DNA of 17,454 nucleotides from IMG/VR virus record IMGVR_UViG_2579778773_000004, positions 1 through 17,454 of that record; one strand, 5' to 3'. Of this stretch, positions 15,232 to 17,454 are shown piece by piece. The notes beneath the pieces were generated by a model. The model was given only the letters and a program-made list of their open reading frames with translations, had not been told where the DNA came from and did not search any database. Every line of letters starts with the position of its first letter. The stretch's first letter is position 1. The DNA comes from a virus. Taxonomy: Duplodnaviria > Heunggongvirae > Uroviricota > Caudoviricetes. Both the position numbers and the translations under genes were made by a program.

Positions 15232-17004
15232 ATGACCATCACCACAGACACCACTCTTTTACACGACCCGCGTCGTCAGGCGGCGCTGCTGTACTGGCAG
15301 GGGTTTTCCGTGCCGCAGATTGCCGCCATGTTGCAGATGAAACGCCCGACGGTGCAGAGCTGGAAACAGCGCGACGGCTGGGACAGCGTTGCCCCCATCA
15401 GCCGTGTCGAAATGAGTCTGGAAGCGCGGCTGACCCAGCTCATCATCAAACCGCAGAAAACCGGCGGTGACTTCAAGGAAATTGACCTGCTGGGACGCCA
15501 GATTGAACGACTGGCACGGGTCAACCGCTACAGTCAGACCGGCAACGAGGCAGACCTTAATCCGAACGTCGCTAACCGCAACAAAGGCGGGCGCCGCAAA
15601 CCGAAAAAGAATTTTTTCAGTGACGAGGCCATCGAAAAGCTGGAGCAGATTTTCTTTGAGCAGTCTTTCGACTATCAGTTGCACTGGTATCGCGCCGGGC
15701 TTGAGCACCGCATCCGCGATATCCTGAAATCCCGCCAGATTGGCGCGACGTTTTATTTTTCCCGCGAGGCGCTGCTGCGCGCCCTGAAAACCGGTCATAA
15801 CCAGATTTTTCTGTCGGCCAGTAAAACGCAGGCGTATGTGTTCCGCGAATACATCATCGCCTTTGCCCGGCTGGTTGACGTTGACCTGACCGGTGACCCG
15901 ATTGTCCTGGGCAATAACGGCGCAAAACTGATTTTTCTCGGCACCAACTCCAACACCGCACAGAGCCATAACGGCGACCTGTACGTCGATGAGATTTTCT
16001 GGATCCCGAATTTTCAGGTACTGCGTAAGGTGGCATCAGGTATGGCCTCACAGAGTCACCTGCGCTCGACCTATTTCTCCACCCCGTCCACGCTGGCGCA
16101 CGACGCCTACCCGTTCTGGTCGGGTGAACTGTTCAACCGGGGACGCGCCAGCGCCGCCGAACGCGTGGAAATCGACGTCAGTCATAACGCCCTTGCCGGT
16201 GGGCTTCTCTGTGCGGACGGCCAGTGGCGGCAGATTGTCACCATTGAGGACGCGCTGAAAGGCGGCTGCACGCTGTTCGACATTGAGCAGCTCAAACGTG
16301 AAAACAGCGCCGACGATTTTAAAAACCTGTTCATGTGTGAATTTGTTGACGACAAAGCGTCGGTGTTCCCGTTCGAGGAGCTGCAACGCTGCATGGTCGA
16401 TACGCTGGAAGAATGGGAAGACTATGCACCGTTTGCCGCAAATCCGTTCGGCTCCCGCCCGGTATGGATTGGTTACGACCCGTCACACCGTGGCGACAGC
16501 GCCGGATGCGTGGTGCTGGCACCGCCGGTGGTGGCCGGTGGCAAATTCAGGATCCTTGAGCGTCACCAGTGGAAAGGCATGGACTTTGCCACCCAGGCAG
16601 AATCCATCCGCAAACTCACCGAAAAATATAACGTTGAATACATCGGGATTGATGCCACCGGCCTCGGTGTCGGTGTGTTCCAGCTCGTGCGCTCGTTCTA
16701 TCCCGCCGCGCGCGATATCCGCTACACGCCGGAAATGAAAACCGCAATGGTGCTCAAGGCAAAAGACGTTATCCGCCGTGGCTGTCTGGAATATGACGTC
16801 AGCGCCACCGACATCACCAGCTCGTTTATGGCTATCCGCAAGACCATGACCAGCAGCGGACGCAGCGCCACCTATGAGGCCAGCCGCAGCGAGGAAGCCA
16901 GCCACGCCGACCTCGCCTGGGCGACCATGCACGCCCTGTTAAATGAGCCACTCACCGCCGGTATCAGCACTCCGCTGACATCCACCATTCTGGAGTTTTA
17001 CTGA
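15232..17004 (+). CDS. P: Terminase large (ATPase) subunit gpP
   Basis: The ORF-track start at 15202 is a TTG. The ATG at 15232, preceded by GAGG, gives 590 aa, MTITTDTTLLHDPRRQAALLYWQGFSVPQIAAML..., the length and N-terminus I recall for P2 gpP. Confidence 0.95.
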   Translation: MTITTDTTLLHDPRRQAALLYWQGFSVPQIAAMLQMKRPTVQSWKQRDGWDSVAPISRVEMSLEARLTQLIIKPQKTGGDFKEIDLLGRQIERLARVNRYSQTGNEADLNPNVANRNKGGRRKPKKNFFSDEAIEKLEQIFFEQSFDYQLHWYRAGLEHRIRDILKSRQIGATFYFSREALLRALKTGHNQIFLSASKTQAYVFREYIIAFARLVDVDLTGDPIVLGNNGAKLIFLGTNSNTAQSHNGDLYVDEIFWIPNFQVLRKVASGMASQSHLRSTYFSTPSTLAHDAYPFWSGELFNRGRASAAERVEIDVSHNALAGGLLCADGQWRQIVTIEDALKGGCTLFDIEQLKRENSADDFKNLFMCEFVDDKASVFPFEELQRCMVDTLEEWEDYAPFAANPFGSRPVWIGYDPSHRGDSAGCVVLAPPVVAGGKFRILERHQWKGMDFATQAESIRKLTEKYNVEYIGIDATGLGVGVFQLVRSFYPAARDIRYTPEMKTAMVLKAKDVIRRGCLEYDVSATDITSSFMAIRKTMTSSGRSATYEASRSEEASHADLAWATMHALLNEPLTAGISTPLTSTILEFY

Positions 17005-17454
17005 TGAGCAAGAAAAAAGGGAAAACACCGCAACCTGCGGCAAAAACAATGACCGCCAGCGCCCCGAAAATGGAGGCATTCACCTTTGGCGAGCCGGTGC
17101 CGGTACTCGACCGCCGTGATATTCTGGATTACGTCGAGTGCATCAGTAACGGCAGATGGTATGAGCCGCCGGTCAGCTTTACCGGTCTGGCGAAAAGCCT
17201 GCGTGCTGCCGTGCATCACAGCTCGCCGATTTACGTTAAACGCAATATTCTGGCTTCAACGTTTATTCCGCATCCGTGGCTTTCTCAGCAGGATTTCAGC
17301 CGCTTTGTGCTGGATTTTCTGGTGTTCGGCAATGCGTTTCTGGAAAAGCGTTACAGCACCACCGGCAAGGTCATCAGACTGGAAACCTCACCGGCAAAAT
17401 ATACCCGCCGTGGCGTGGAGGAGGATGTTTACTGGTGGGTGCCTTCCTTCAACG
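17004..17454 (+). CDS. Q: Portal (capsid vertex) protein gpQ, 5' part, running off the right edge of the window
   Basis: It is absent from the ORF track because the frame stays open to the window end. The ATG at 17004 overlaps the P stop (TGATG). My hand translation, MSKKKGKTPQPAAKTMTASAPKMEAFTFGEPVPVLDRRDILDYVECISNGRWYEPPVSF..., matches my recollection of P2 gpQ. Confidence 0.9.
   Translation, partial: MSKKKGKTPQPAAKTMTASAPKMEAFTFGEPVPVLDRRDILDYVECISNGRWYEPPVSFTGLAKSLRAAVHHSSPIYVKRNILASTFIPHPWLSQQDFSRFVLDFLVFGNAFLEKRYSTTGKVIRLETSPAKYTRRGVEEDVYWWVPSFN

Noticed and set aside
6271-16932. Many long ORFs antisense to, or out of frame with, the P2 core genes. Examples: 6271..6753+, 6677..7288+, 8097..8537+, 8489..9013+, 10297..10698+, 10316..10888-, 11584..12030+, 12322..12921+, 14148..14699+, 15259..15969-, 16048..16386- and 16483..16932-.
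   Set aside because: Each lies wholly inside a confidently recognised P2 structural or lysis gene. Their products are Arg/Ser/Pro/Gly-rich low-complexity sequences typical of off-frame translation of GC-rich DNA. They lack sensible starts or Shine-Dalgarno sequences.
1-17454. CRISPR arrays, tRNA/rRNA genes, IS elements/transposases, an integrase or an att site.
   Set aside because: - There are no regularly spaced direct repeats with spacers.
- No cloverleaf-like or rRNA-like sequences were noticed.
- No transposase- or integrase-like ORF appears in the track.
- The P2 int/att and cos regions lie outside this window by synteny.

Overview
This window is the late (structural and lysis) region of a P2-like (Peduovirus) prophage from an enterobacterium. 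At its left end sits a roughly 4 kb AT-rich cargo island. I recognised the P2 proteins from memory; no database search was run.

Right to left, the core is:
- Portal Q (partial) and large terminase P on the + strand.
- The divergent minus-strand late operons: O N M L X Y K lysA lysB(lysC) R S, then V W J I H G.
- Gene order, protein lengths and the tight ATGA/TAATG start-stop overlaps match P2 once several ORF-track starts are trimmed to the P2-like ATG.

Composition changes abruptly downstream of tail-fibre assembly gene G (below about 4011). Hand counts of sampled 60-nt lines give roughly 25-48% GC there, whereas the core looks clearly more GC-rich by eye. The P2 tail gene FI is not reached. 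This is the G-FI slot, which holds fun(Z) in P2 and is a known anti-phage hotspot in P2-like phages.

The island carries four co-oriented ORFs that I do not recognise as P2 genes:
- An orphan ImmA/IrrE-type HExxH metallopeptidase of 309 aa.
- A basic, Cys-containing 171-aa protein in a block of different composition.
- A translationally coupled pair: a single-pass membrane protein (182 aa) and a protein with the full motif set of a GT51 peptidoglycan glycosyltransferase (MtgA-like, 211 aa from the SD-supported start).

Three copies of a roughly 50-bp hairpin-forming repeat (TGGCAC...GTGCCA/GCGA) bracket these modules, with apparently compensatory stem changes between copies. The island, and especially the membrane protein plus GT51-like pair, is my best candidate for an undescribed phage-encoded defence or exclusion system.

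The tail fibre H is a mosaic. It has a P2-type N-terminus, three 43-aa fibre repeats, a collar-like segment and an HxH-repeat C-terminal tip.
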